Assembly: GCA_002633005.1 (NCBI GenBank)
Contig: NMRA01000071.1
Location: 427,511-491,510, forward strand
Source: Phoronis australis
Taxonomy: Eukaryota; Animalia; Phoronida
DNA length: 64,000 nt
Direction of reading: 5' to 3'
Both the position numbers and the translations under genes were made by a program. Below the pieces are notes generated by a model. That model did no database searches, was not told the DNA's origin, and was given only the letters and a program-made list of their open reading frames with translations. Positions 48,101 to 63,100 of this stretch are shown here, piece after piece (the first letter of the stretch is position 1; every line of letters begins with the position of its first letter).

Positions 48101-51100
48101 GGGTTGTCTGACTCAATACTCTGAAACAGTTCTTTCCAACCCTTGTCTTTGTCTTCCAGTGGGTAGACTGCATGTTGATTGGCCGAGACCTGGTGCGAAT
48201 GATGCAGCAGGTTGCTAGGATACCAGAGCTAGAGGCAGTTTGGAGAGACATTCTGCACAATCCATCAAAGTTACACTCCACCTTCACAGGTAATCAGGCT
48301 GTTGCTATGCTAACTAGGGGAAACATCTGTAACAACTCGATTGAACTGTGTCCTTGTTACTTGTCATCAGTGCTGAGTTCTGTCAGTTTGAAATTAACAT
48401 GTGGTGGTGAAGCAACAGTCCGTCTGCAAACATTCAGATAATCCATGAGAGGCTCAGCCCCTCAACTTGGGTCTCTCCTCTATATAGGACGCCTTCTCAG
48501 TGACTTCAATTAATGAATATTGCACCCCTTAGTGATACTTACCATGTTGGTTGATAAAAGATGTTCAAACCTAGACTTCAGTAACCATAGTAATCTTCTA
48601 ACTCATGTCATGTCACATGACCAGCCTTGACTCTCTTCGTGTTTGCATGGTCAATTATCTTGGATTATGATACTTGTTCTTGGTCATTTCTCCTACAAGT
48701 CTCTTACATATGTCCACATGATTTTGCTGTCTAGGTGTCTCTCAACTAATGAATCTCCGCACATCTCGTAAATTCCTGATGTCACGTCTTACCCCTGATA
48801 TGGAAAACAAACTGGTGTTCCTGACAACCAAGGTGAAGTTTGGCAATCACAAGAGATACCAGGATTGGCTTCAGAGGCAGGTGAGTGAAGGACACCTTGT
48901 GGACAGTCCTTGACTTAACATGGAGAAGACAGTGTGAGATAACTTTGACATTTACGATTATGTGGATGTTTACTGCTTGTTAATATTATAGAGTATTGAG
49001 TAATTGTATTCGGATTCTTGTTGTGATTTGACAACTTACCTAGCATTTCACACATGTGTTGCTTGCCCATTTCACACATGTGTTGCTTGCCCATTTCACA
49101 CATGTGTTGCTTGCCCATTTCACACATGTGTTGCTTGCCCATTTCACACATGTGTTGCTTGCCCATTTCACACATGTGTTGCTTGCCCATTTCACCTTGT
49201 GCAACTGACTGTAAGAAATGGATATATTCTTACATTGTGTATAACAACAGAATGGCAAAAATGTTTCTTTTAATATACTTTCCTGTCTCTGAGGAGTTAG
49301 AGTAATGTAGAGGTTACAAGTGACAGTGCAAGTGTGGCCTTATTGTGACTTTGTTATATTATGAAGTGTATTGTTCATAAGTCTAGTCAGAAGTAGGCTG
49401 CTTGTAGACTGTGATTTATGTCTATGTTTTATTTGTATATGTTGTTTTGTATTTTTGTGGTGCTTGTTGCATTTTATGGTTCTGTATTTTTCTAGTACCT
49501 GTCTACACCAGAGAGTCAGTCTCTACGCTGTGACTTCATCAGATATATCTGTGCTGTAATCCACCCACCTAATGAATTATTACAGTCTGATGTCATACCT
49601 CGCTGGGCTGTGATTGGTTGGCTCCTGACCACATGTACTGTGAGTTGATTGGTCTTGTAGCTCGTCATAACAAGTAGACAATGTAAGACTTAATCATTAT
49701 CAGTTACTTTTGCGATTTTACTTTCTGTTACATGTCGCAGTGTTGAAAGAAATGTCGCGCACCAAATTTTAATTTTTGAAAATTTTAAAAAACTGACTCC
49801 CATTAGCTCTGTACACAGTGGTGTAAGCTGCTAGTCAACTTACTGCTGTCTTTAGAGTCTGGTCTATGTGCACCAATATCACAAATTGTGGCAAGTTGTG
49901 GTCTTGTTATTACTGTCTTTTGTTGTTTTAGTCTAATGTTGCTGCTTCTAATGCAAAGTTGGCCTTGTTTTATGACTGGTTCTTCTATGATACTGAAAAG
50001 GACAACATTATGAATATTGGTAAGGACAGTCAGCAGTTAATGTTTAGTTGTCTTATCTTGAAAATAGTGCAGTAGTACAGCTTTTCATCTTTTTAAAGAA
50101 GAGGTAATCCAGTACCAATTATAGCATTTTTAGACTTCAATAACTCACACTTGAATGTAAATGTTACTTGACTACAGGTTTCTATTTAATTTTGGATTTT
50201 CCATGATTTCCAAGCACTTCCAACTTCTAATCCTAAAGAGGGCAGCACCTTTCTTCAGCTCATGTGACCTCATGAGGTCAACTCAGGGGATGTCTGGTTG
50301 ACCTGGTGGAACTAGGCTAATAAACTTAGGTGTGGTGCACATCTATTTCGGAATATATGTTTGCTTAATTTACATCATATTATCTCTATGTATCTAGACA
50401 GCATGTTATGATAATTGTGACCCTTGAACTTAGCACTATTGACCTGGTCATGTGATCCCTTCCAGAGCCTGCAATACTGGTCATCTTCCACTCCATGAGA
50501 CCCCACCCAGCCATTACAGCCACCCTTTTGGACTTCTTATGTAGAGTAAGTGTACACTGATCCCCATGTATGGGCTGTTTTGTTTAGTAAACACACCTGA
50601 GGAGGCATTTTTAATACGGCATCAGATTTTTGTTGACGTTTTATGATAGATTTTTTCTTAATTTAACTTTTTTGTATGCTATTGTGTAATTTACATATGA
50701 ATAATTGGACATCAGACGACCTCTATTGATGGTGAATTGAACTGAGACCATAGGGAACTGTAAACTAAGTCTGTACTGTAGATAGTCCGTGTAAATGGCT
50801 CAGATATAAAGAGGTCACCGTATGAACTGTTTTCTTCAGTCAGGACAGGAGTTACTCACTGTAAGTTACCCAGTTGCCGTAGGTTAGTTGTGATGACTGT
50901 CTCAACTATTTGTATGCTGTTTTCAGATGATGTCAAACTTCTATCCACCTCTGTCACCAGATGTCAAGAAGGGAATCTTCTCTGCTTTACGAGCTATAGT
51001 CGACAAGCGTGTCATGCAGTAAGTAGTGGACAAGCGTGTCATGCAGTAAGTCAAACCTTAGGGACTGCATATAAAACTGTTAGCATAGATTTTCCAGATA

Positions 51101-54100
51101 TTAGTTCAATATTAATCGAATAATTGTTATTTGATGAAGTACACCACCTTAGTGGACTAGTCAACAGCATTATGTTGTGATTTTCCTGGTCTTTTTAGTT
51201 CTAATTCATGTTTAATTCATGTTCCAGGTCCCTCTCTCCTCTCTTTGATAATCCAAAACTGGATAAGGAATTACGCTGCATGATTAGAGACGTGTTTGCA
51301 GAATTTTGCTCTCCAGAAAGTAAGTATTACTTTATTCATCTGAGTTGCTGTATCAAACTTCGCTCAAAATGATGGATATCTTGTCATTAACTTGTAAGGA
51401 ACAACTATGGCATTATCCTGCTAACCATGGCATTATTCTGATAACCATGCCATCATCCCAGTAACCATGGCATTATCCTGGCAACCATGATGTCCTGCTA
51501 ACCATTGCATTATCCTGGTAACCATATTGTTAATGTGAGACCAAAAGATGCCTGCTGCAGCCCCAATATTTCTCTGTTGTTACAGTTAAGGATGACTCTC
51601 CCATGAAGGAGGAAGAAAGCAGTGTAGACGTGGTAGAGATTGCTGAATTCAGTGAAGATGAAGATGATTCCAACAACGGTGGGTTGTTGTCCACTTACTC
51701 TAGGTAGTGGCACTGTGTGCTTACTCTAGGTAGTGGCAGTGTGTGCTTACTCTAGGTAGTGGCACTGTGTGCTTACTCTAGGTAGTGACACTGTGTGCTT
51801 ACTCTATGTAGTGACACTGTCTGCTTACTCTAGGTAGTGGCACTGTCTGCTTACTCTAGGTAGTGGCACTGTGTGCTTACTCTAGGTAGTGGCACTGTGT
51901 GCTTACTCTAGGTAGTGACACTGTCTGCTTACTCTAGGTAGTGACACTGTGTGCTTACTCTAGGTAGTGGCACTGTGTGCTTACTCTAGGTAGTGGCACT
52001 GTGTGCTTACTCTAGGTAGTGGCACTGTGTGCTTACTCTAGGTAGTGACACTGTGCTTACTCTAGGTAGTGACACTGTGTGCTTACTCTAGGTAGTGGCA
52101 CTGTGTGCTTACTCTAGGTAGTGGCACTGTGTGCTTACTCTAGGTAGTGGCACTGTGTGCTTACTCTAGGTAGTTTGCTTTTGCTTTCATATATGATAGT
52201 GAGTGAATGACAATAAATTGTTTAAAGAAGAACAGTTGGCAGTGTTTTGGGAAAGGTCAGGTTCAGATTGTGGTCCAAAGATTTAATTGGAATGAAAGCT
52301 CTACTCCGACAGTCTGGGTAAATGCTTTGTGAATTCATTGTACACCATCAGATGGCAGCAGTAGCATTGTGCAGTTACAGATCTAGTTACAATTGTTTAA
52401 CAAATGAGTGGTGCTGGCATCCTGTCGTCAGTCTGACACATGTCGAGTTATACAAGGTTTCTGAAACAGTCACATAGCATATGTTTTAGGAAAATTGACT
52501 TTGGACTTGAGACTGGTATTTGGTCTTATGCTTCACAAAACTTTATCTAAGAAATAATTAGTTCACGCTTGAGCAAAATTTCTAAGTACAGTGATGCGCT
52601 CATATACTTACTTGACTAAACGTTTAGTCAGCAGTTATGAAATGGGAGCGTGAGACTAAGTGCCCGTCTTAAGCCTTTATTATTTTCATGAAACAAACAT
52701 CTGCAGCTTCCTTGTAGTACAGTATTGGGTGGAAAGTTGGAAATTATGAAAAAATTAATTGGCCAGTTAAAAACTATATGAGTTGAGTAAACTATTTGTC
52801 GTCAGTTGAGTTTTATGTTGGTCAGTTAAAAATTGTTTGTGGTCTGTTGAATGTATGTGGTGATCTTCTCTTTCAGAGAAAGTCAGTTTCACCAATGATT
52901 TGTTGTTCCGTCCAATCAAAGAACCACCACCCATTGAGCACATAGACATCACTGACCAGCTCCCTCTGTTGGATGAAGTAGTTCGTAATTACGTGCTTCA
53001 GCTTCAAAATGAGAAGTAGGTCAATGACTACAAAGTTAATGGGAAGTCTCAGTGAAAGGAGAATTGTGTTTTAGATTTTCAGCTTATATAGTAATGAAAT
53101 TTTAAACAACTATGAGTTGAATTCCATTACAAATAGCCTAGGAAAAGAAAAGTTAAGCTGTTGGTCAAACTATATACTGAGTAAAGGAAAGTATTTTGAC
53201 TGTTCACCTGTTGTGACTTTTAATACTTGCTGTGTCACCATACATCCATCTAGGTCTAGTGAATGTCTCTCATTTCAGGGACAACGAGTCTCAGTGTGAA
53301 ACCATGGACTGCTTGGTTCAAGCTGTCTTAAATCTTGATGATTTTGATCTGGATATGGCCACGCCACTAGCTGTCTGTCTTACCCAAGTCATGGCCAGTT
53401 ACTTGCAAGGAAATCTACTACCCCTAAACCTGGATGACGAGTATGTTAATCAGAAAATCTCCACACATTATAATTGTATTCTTACTCACATTCATCCCAC
53501 ATAACTTATACCATATTTGGAAGATTTGCAGTTTAAAACTGATTTCAGCTCGCATTTCTCAATGTAACATTCTGATGGTTGGTGGCTGTCTCTGTTCTCC
53601 ATATTTACGTCTGGTCATATCATTAGATCACAGTTTTTGTTGCACAGTAGTATGCTGCACTCTTAACTGTCAGCTGCTCACTTAACTGTAGGCTGTACAC
53701 TTAACTGTCAGCTGCTAATTTAACTGTCGGCTATACTCTTAACTGTCAGCTGCACACTTAACTGTTGGCTGCACACTTAACTGTCAGCTGCACATTTAAC
53801 TGTCGGCTATACTCTTAACTGTGAGCTGCACACTTAACTGTTGGCTGCACACTTCACTGTCAGCTGCACACTAAACTGTCGGCTATACACTTAACTGTTA
53901 GCTGCACACTTAACTGTTGGCTGTACTTTTAACTGTCAGCTGTACACTTAACTGTCAGCTGCTCCCTTAACTGTTGGCTATATACTTAACTGTCGGCTGC
54001 ACACTTAACTGTTGGCTGCACTCTTAACTGTTGGCTGCACACTTAACTGTTGGCTGCACACTTAACTGACAGCTGCACACTTAACCGTCGACTGTACACT

Positions 54101-57100
54101 TAACTGTCAGATGCACGACCCTTAACTGTTGGCTGCACACTGAACTGTCAGCTGCACACTTAACCGTCGACTGTACACTTAACTGTCAGCTGCACGGCGC
54201 TTAACTGTTGGCTGCACACTTAACTGTCGGCTATACACTTAACTGTTGGCTGTGCACTTAACTGTCAGCTGCACACTTAACTGTTGGCTGCACACTTAAT
54301 TGTCAGATGCTCACTTAAATGTCCTCTGCTTACTTAATTGTCAGGCACTACCTTACTAAGTACCTTCCAAACTATTTTGAGTTTGAATCCATCTAAGTGG
54401 TCAGGAGTAATTGCTGTTTTCTTAGTTCTACATGAGGCACTGTGCAGCTTGCAAAACCAGTCTATTTATATTATTGCAGGTCAATAGAAGACTCAATGGG
54501 CACTCCGATATTTGTACTCTTTAGGTAAGTTATCTTCAGCTTTTAACACATATAGTGTAAGATATAAGGCAGGATTTATTGTGAAATATTCTATAACATA
54601 TTGCATCTCATTAACTCCAAGTCTTCCTAACATATTGCATCACATTAACTCCAAGTCTTCCTAACATAATGCATCACATTAACTCCAAGCCTTTCTTACC
54701 ATTCAAACTATGTGAATGTTGAATTACAACTGTGTAATTTTCAGAAATTTGTGTCAAGTGTCTGAGGAGGACCCCAGTCGACATCCGCTGCTGTTGTTAC
54801 TGAGTGAGATGTGTCAGAAGCAGGCACGGATAGGATATTACCTGTTGTATTACCTGAAAGTAGGGTAGGTATTGCGTAGGATACTACCTGTTGTATTACC
54901 TGAAAGTAGGGTAGGTATTGCGTAGAATGCTACCTGTTGTATTACCTGAAAGTAGGGTAGGTATTGCGTAGGATACTACCTGTTGTATTACCTGAAAGTA
55001 GGGTAGGTATTGCGTAGAGTGCTGCTTGTTGTTTTGTCTGAAGGTAGGGTAGGTACTGCGTAGGATGCTGCCTGTTGTATTACATGAAAGTAGGTTAACT
55101 ATTGTGTAGAATGCTACTTGTTGTATTGTCTGAAAGTCGGGTAGGTATTGTGTAGGATGCCATCTGTCGCATTACACCAAAGTGGGGGTAGATTTTGTTT
55201 TCTTCTAAAGTACTGTCAATAGAGGATGCCTACTTTAGAGTGTAATATGAAAGTTGGACGTGATATTTATATGTTAAAACAACTAGTGCAGGACAGAAAC
55301 AATATGTATTATCTACTTTCCAAAGTGTATCATTACTCGCATATACTGTGCGTGCATCATTCGTCTGCTGTTCTTTCTCCTAAACTTTGAGAAGTATCGT
55401 AGTGACTTTTGGCAGATGTGTTCCTATGAAGGCGGTGGTGAATTCTGAATCAAACAAACTACCTTTGTGCACCTTTATCTGTATCAGTGTATTTTCATGA
55501 AATTTTACAAAAAGATTTCCGTTGAGGTGACAGTTTGTGCTACTCTATATTAAAATTTGCTGAATTATGAAGTCATGAAGTCATGTGTAGCGTGTTGTTT
55601 GGCGGAATAACATTATTGTTGTTATCGTTGTTGCTGTTATTTCTGTTATTTGTAGTAAGGTGAATGATGAGAAGATGACGTCGTACAGAGACTTGTGTAA
55701 AAGTCTGGAGATGAAGCTGGAGACATGTATACTGACCCATCTACAGCAGAGTCTAGATGATGACATCAGGATGTTCACATTTATAATTCCTGACATCTAC
55801 ACTACGGTAGGACATACATTTTGTAACCACTCAACTGACATCTACACTACGGTAGGACATACATTTTGTAACCACTCAACTGACATCTACACTACGGTAG
55901 GACATACATTTTGTAACCACTCAACTGACATCTACACTACGGTAGGACATACATTTTGTAACCACTCAACTGACATCTACACTACGGTAGGACATACATT
56001 TTGTAACCACTCAACTGACATCTACACTACGGTAGGACATACATTTTGTAACCACTCAACTGACATCTACACTACGGTAGGACATACATTTTGTAACCAC
56101 TCAACTGACATCTACACTACGGTAGGACATACATTTTGTAACCACTCAACTGACATCTACACTACGGTAGGACATACATTTTGTAACCACTCAACTGACA
56201 TCTACACTACGGTAGGACATACATTTTGTAACCACTCAACTGACATCTACACTACGGTAGGACATACATTTTGTAACCACTCAACTGACATCTACACTAC
56301 GGTAGGACATACATTTTGTAACCACTCAACTGACATCTACACTACGGTAGGACATACATTTTGTAACCACTCAACTGACATCTACACTACGGTAGGACAT
56401 ACATTTTGTAACCACTCAACTGACATCTACACTACGGTAGGACATACATTTTGTAACCACTCAACTGACATCTACACTACGGTAGGACATACATTTTGTA
56501 ACCACTCAACTGACATCTACACTACGGTAGGACATACATTTTGTAACCACTCAACTGACATCTACACTACGGTAGGACATACATTTTGTAACCACTCAAC
56601 TGACATCTACACTACGGTAGGACATACATTTTGTAACCACTCAACTGACATCTACACTACGGTAGGACATACATTTTGTAACCACTCAACTGACATCTAC
56701 ACTACGGTAGGACATACATTTTGTAACCACTCAACTGACATCTACACTACGGTATGACATACATTTTGTAACCACTCAACTGACATCTACACTACGGTAG
56801 GACATACATTTTGTAACCACTCAACTGACATCTACACTACGGTAGGACATACATTTTGTAACCACTCAACTGCTCTTATAGTACCATGATGACAATACTT
56901 GACCAAAGTATTACGCACTCAATCACTTTCTTTACATGTAATCATGACGGATATTTTGCTTCAGTTTATAATACTGGACATGTGTACCATTAATCACTTT
57001 GTTACAATGATATCACCACGATTTCTTTCGTCAAATTGCATTGGCCTCTCCTACTATTACACTGTCTTCTCCTACTATTACACTGGCTTCTCCTACTATT

Positions 57101-60100
57101 AGACTGGCCTCTTACAATTGCAGTGGCCTCTCCTACAATTACACTGGCCTCTCCTACAAGTACACTGGCCTCTTACAATTACACTGGTCTCCTACAATTA
57201 CACTGGTCTCCTACAATAGCACTGGCCCCTCCCACTATTACACTGGCTCCTCCTACAATTATACTGGCCAGTCCTAAAATTACACTGGCCTCTCCTAATT
57301 ACACTGGCTTCTCGTACAATTACACTGGCCTCTCCTACAATTTCGCTCGCCCCTCCTATAATTACACTGGCCTCATACAATTACACTGGCCCCTCATACA
57401 ATTGCACTGCAAGTGCACTGACCTCGCCTACAATTGCAGTGACCTCTCCTACAATTACACTGGCCCCTCCTACAATTACATTGGCCCCTCCTACATTTAC
57501 ATTGGCCCTTCCTACAATTGCAGTGACCTCTCCTACAATTGCACTGACCCCTCCTACAATTACACTGGCCCCTCCTACAATTACACTGGACTTTCCTACA
57601 ATTACAGTAGCCCCTCCTACAATTACACTGGCCCCTCCTACAATTACACGGGCCCCTCCTACAATTGCACTGGCCCTTCGTACAATTGCATTGGCCCCAC
57701 CTACTTTTCCGTAATGTTACTAGTAAAATCACACTGCCTTCTGTTGCAGTTCCCTAATGTTGCCATTGGTAACGTGCAGCTCCTCTACCTCATAGTCTCA
57801 TCCATTGATGGCCGACAGTTACAGGACCTAGTGTGGCAGATCCTTGAGGGACATCTTATTATGTTTGAGAAGTCGTCATTCCTTTCAGTCTTAAGTAAGT
57901 CTCACCCTTTGTGCTCAGACATCTCACCCTTTGTTCTCAGTTGTCTTCTGTCTTGTAATATATCTATGGGGGTTGGAACCATGGTGAGTTCTGTGGACTT
58001 TTCATGAAAGAAATAGCATTCATTGTTCCATAATGTGTTGTATGGTATTGTTATAGTTACACATGTCTTACTGTATTGGTGGTCACCTATTAGCTGTCTT
58101 TGTTTGTCACACAATAATTCCGATTAATGCAGTGTAAAAATGAATTGTTTCTCTTCCTCTAAGTCACTGGCTGACCTTTGTGTGGATTGCTTTAGATGAC
58201 ATTTTTTTGTATTTGTAATTGTAATTAAAGAACCAATCTATTTTTTCTTTTTAGGAGATTGCAAAATATTGTTCAGTCAACATTGCTCCACTTTTCCTTT
58301 GAGATTAAGTCATTTATTGTTTACTGATAGCATTATCTCCCTTTACAGTAGATAAAGTTTGCATAATATGATGTCACTGTTACTAGCATTCATTAGTACT
58401 GTGTCTCAGTGGAGGTTGTCAGTGAGTTGTCTCCCTTGTAGGTGCCAGCCTGGAGTGGGAGACAGTCGAACAATACTTCCTGTGGCAGTTGATCTCAGCT
58501 CATAACATCCCTGTTGAATACATTATGCCCATCTTGCCCAAGTTGGACTACACAGGTAGTGAAACACTTGACTCACTCATAATATGTCTTCACTCTAGCC
58601 CTGGTCCATTACTGTTGCTAAGCTACAGACACACTTGTGCTTTCAAAAGCTGCCTACTTACACTTGATGTTTGTATTAACACAATGCAAAGTTTATTTAA
58701 ACTATTGATATTGAGTATTATGCACCACAAAGTGTTTAATTGGTTGTTTCAACTTGACACTGTGTTCAGATCTACAAAGTGGCAGTATTGACGTTATCTA
58801 GATTGGAATAACTTTTGAAAATTCAATATAGTTATAATTTAGTTTTATTTACAGGTTGTAATGACAGTAATCTGCATTGTCAGTCATATACATTGAATGG
58901 ATACTGATATTAGTATTTAGCATACTTACACAGAGAAGCACCTGAGTGTATAGGTATACCGAAGTCTTCACAAATCTCTAGTTATTGTTTTGTAACTCTG
59001 ATGCTTTGACTCGTTTGTGATCATTGTATGATAATTATATGATAATTATATGATAGATGTATGATTATCTGGTCATTGTATTTCTATAGCTCATGCTGAA
59101 GCCCTGACTAGTCTGTTGATATTACTGAAACAAGACTCGCCCGCGGCAGATATATTGCGACCAATCATATGCCGGCGATGTAAGCGCAACGACTTATTCA
59201 CGGTGTCTATCCTCAAGTACTGGGCAGAGGAATACGGTGACAGACTTGCAGAACTACTTCATACACAACTGACAAGACAAGCAGTGACACCCAAACGAAA
59301 ACAGTAAGTCTTGTTCTACACCATGACTCATCACAGCTGTGAGAAGTCTCTGCTGAAGTTATTCTGTTATCAGATGTCTGGATGATCATGTCTGTTACTT
59401 GATGGACATTAATATTACTGTCACTTTATAACCCAGCTTAATTCCATGAAGATTTTTTCCTGCTGTGTGGGGTCGATTGCTGAAAAATCCCAGTTTTATT
59501 GATGCTTACTTGAATTACTGTGACATTTCCTAAGTTTGAAGTGACAATTGCGTTACTGTATTTTCAAAAAAAGTTGACAATTTTTTTCAAATTTACCTAT
59601 CTTGGCTGACACTGTTTACAGCAAGTGTTGATCTGTGCAGGCACTTCAAACAGCACATGTCACTGTACTATGTAACTGATTTGTTTCACTCTTCATTACT
59701 GAACTGCGGAGTTTGCCTTGTCATTACAGACCAGTAAGATAGTAAGGTAGAGAAACGATGTGCGAAAATATTCTTTACTAAGGCCGCATTTAAAAAAGCC
59801 TAGTGTGTGTGTGAGTAATCAAACATAATGACTTACTAATTGTTGACACTGACCAACTCCACATGGATCTGAAACCTGTCATCATATTAGTTATTTGTTG
59901 GTGTACCTCTTGAGGTCTGTGGAAACTGGACAATACTATGTCTGTACAGATGTCAATACTATGTCTGTACAGATGTCAATACTATGTCAGTACTGATGAC
60001 AATACTATGTCAGTACTGTGACAATACTATGTCAGTACCAATTACAATACTATGTCAGTACCAATGACAATACTTCATCAGTACCAGTGACAATACTTTG

Positions 60101-63100
60101 TCAGTATCAATGACAATACTATGTCAGTACCAATTACAATACTATGTCAGTACCAATGACAATACTTCATCAGTACCAGTGACAATACTATGTCAGTACC
60201 AATGACAATACTTCATCAGTACCAGTGACAATACTATGTCAGTATCAATGACAATACTTCGTCAGTACTGTTGACAATGCTGTCAGTACTGAGGACAATA
60301 CTATGTCAGTTCTGATGACAGTACTATCAGTACAGATGACAGTACTATCTATGTCAGTGCCAATTACAATACTATGTCAGTGTCAATGAAAATACTTCAT
60401 CAGTACCAATGACAATACTATGTCAGTACTGGTGATAATACTGTTAGTACTAATAACTTCACCAGTTGAAACCAACAAAGAAGAGAAATCAAAATCAGCA
60501 GAGAATTGAGGGAAGCTGTTGAAAAAGTTTGAGCCAATTTTTGACAAATTCTATCAACTTTTTTTGAAAACTGCTGTGCACTGTGGTCCTTTATTGGATA
60601 CAAAAACCATTGGTTTTACTAAGTGGAGCACTTACGACATGAACTAGAAAGTACTGAATAGCTATTTTGTGTGCCACCTATGTCCAGTAATAACTGCATC
60701 TCAGTTACCTTTGAGTAAATTGGTGGTGCCACCTGTAGTCAGTAATAGCAACTATATTTCTGTGTGCAGGAAACAGCAAGTGCAGAACAAGAATCCAACA
60801 AAAGAACACCCATCAGTAGAGCAAGTACTGAGCCATCTGGACCACATGAGGCAGACTTGTAAAAATATATCTTGTGAGTCACAACAGGGGTCACTGCAGT
60901 ATTCCTGTTTTGATAAACTATTTCTCACTTATTTTTGAGAAATGCAAGCAATCTTTTGGGTTATGATCTTTAAAGTTGCTGTTCTGTTGTAGACTTTGGT
61001 AATTTTGTGTAGGCGAGGTGTGCAAACCATTTGTAGAGGTGTAGTAAATAAGGCTGGGATGATGTGTTGTGTAGTCTATAAGGCTGTCACAGTTCGCTGC
61101 TCAAGGTTTGATTCACGCTTGCCATACTTCACTTTGATTCAATTCCAAGAATTGAACTCTTCTTTTCCTTTTTTCCTGGTGAAATGATCTCATTACCTCA
61201 AAGCTAAGCTTAGTAATTATTCAATCACTTAAATCTCAGTTGTATAGCATTACTCTTCAGTTTTCAAAATGTGAACATTGAAAGTGATAGAACTTGAACA
61301 AATGTGAACTGTTCCATCACCTTCACTGATTCACAAGATTAGAACAGTCTGGTAAAAAATGACAAAGTTTGCTTAGAACTAGGAGATATTTAGTTTGTGA
61401 GCATGACGTTTCAAGTCTGTAGCTAAGACCCTTGTTCACATGACTGTTCTTCCTGCTGTTGTGAAATTGCTTGAAACTAACTAAATGTTTGCTAGTAAGT
61501 AATTTTTATGCACCCACATATTTATATGTGGTGGCATATTGCCGTCATCTCTGTCTGGGTGTGCAGGCGTCCGTCGTGAGGCGTCCGTAGCTGTATCTCC
61601 TAAACCTCCCAGAATCTTAATGAGATTTGGCAGATGTATTCCTATGAAGCTGACGACGGACGACGACAAATTTCAGAGCTCTCCGACTGCCGGTGTGCCC
61701 CCTAGTGGCAGTTTTATTTTTTACGCTTACCTCTGTATCTTCGGAGGTCCTCAACGGATTTTCATAAAATTTGACAGTTAGGCATCTATTAGTGAGATGA
61801 TGCCATCCTCCCATTTTCAGTCAGATTCAAGTTACTTTGCACCACCTAGTGGCCAGTTTTACTGTTTTCAAGTCTGTTTTTTGGCGTCCGCACTTCTGTC
61901 AACAAAACCGCTCTAGGGACGTTTTTGAAAATTGGCATATAATTAATATATATGTTCTTACTTTGAAGAGGGCGGCTGGCGATGATTTTCCAACGACTTC
62001 GAGTACTGTGGCGCCTCCTAGTGACTGTTTTGTTTGTTTTTGTGCCCATGGCTGTATCTCCTAAACCCCTCACAGGATCTTGATGAGATTTGGCATGTGT
62101 GCTCCTATGAAACTGACGATGGACGAGGACAAATTTCAGACCTCTGCGACTACTGGTGTACCCCTAGTGGCAATTTTAGTTTTTTACGCTTACCTCTGTA
62201 TCTTCGGAGGTCCTCAACGGATTTTCATAAAATTTGACAGTTAGGCATGTATTAGTGAGATGGTGCCATCCTCTCATTTTCAGACAGATTCAAGGTACTT
62301 TGCACCATCTGGTGGCCATTTTTACTGTTTTTGATTGATGATTTTCCAATGACTTTGACTGCTATGGTGCCTCCTAGTGGCAGTTTTGTTTGTTTTTGCG
62401 CCCATGGCTATATCTCCTAAGCACTACAGGATGTTTATTGAAATTTGCTGGTGTATTTATATGAAGTTGGCAACAGAGGATGACTACTTTCACATGGATC
62501 GGGTTACTGGTATGCCCCCCTAGTGGCAATTTTTGTTTTTTACGTTTACCTCTGTATCTGAAAAGGTCGTGAATGGATTTTCATAACATTTGGCTGACAG
62601 GCATCTATTAGTGAGGTGACGGTATCATTGGTTTTGGTTAAATTCGAGGCATTTTGCGCCACCTTGTGGCCATTTTTACTGTTTTCGAGTCTGTTTTTTT
62701 GGCATTTGCCCTCTGTCAACCAAACCACTCTAAGGATGATTGTGGAAATTGGCATGTATGTCCCTAATGTGAAGAGGAGGGTGCCGATGATTTTCTGATG
62801 ACCTCAATAACTGTGGCGACTCCTAGTGGCAGTTTTTTACACCCATGGCTGTTTCTCCAAAACCCTCTGCAGGATCTTTATTAAATTTAATTAGCAAGTG
62901 TATTGATATGATCTTGACAAATGACGGTGACTTTTGAATGGATCCAACTTCCAGTGTGCCCCCTAGTGGCAATTTTAGTTTTTTGATTTTATCTCCATCT
63001 TCAAAGGTCCTCAACGGATTTTCATATGGCAGATAGGTATTTATTTGTGAGTTGACGCTATTCGTTGTATTTTGCACCACCTAGTGGCCATTTTTACTGT

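Noticed and set aside
55790-56870. Regular 45-bp periodicity resembling a CRISPR array (also 32794-33688, 43930-44812)
   Set aside because: Units are head-to-tail with no unique spacers, no cas genes, eukaryotic intron context.
57036-58007. 323-aa YNYTG-repeat ORF and Cys-rich antisense ORFs
   Set aside because: 21-bp minisatellite read into INTS3 exon 21; a proper acceptor exists at 57747-57749.
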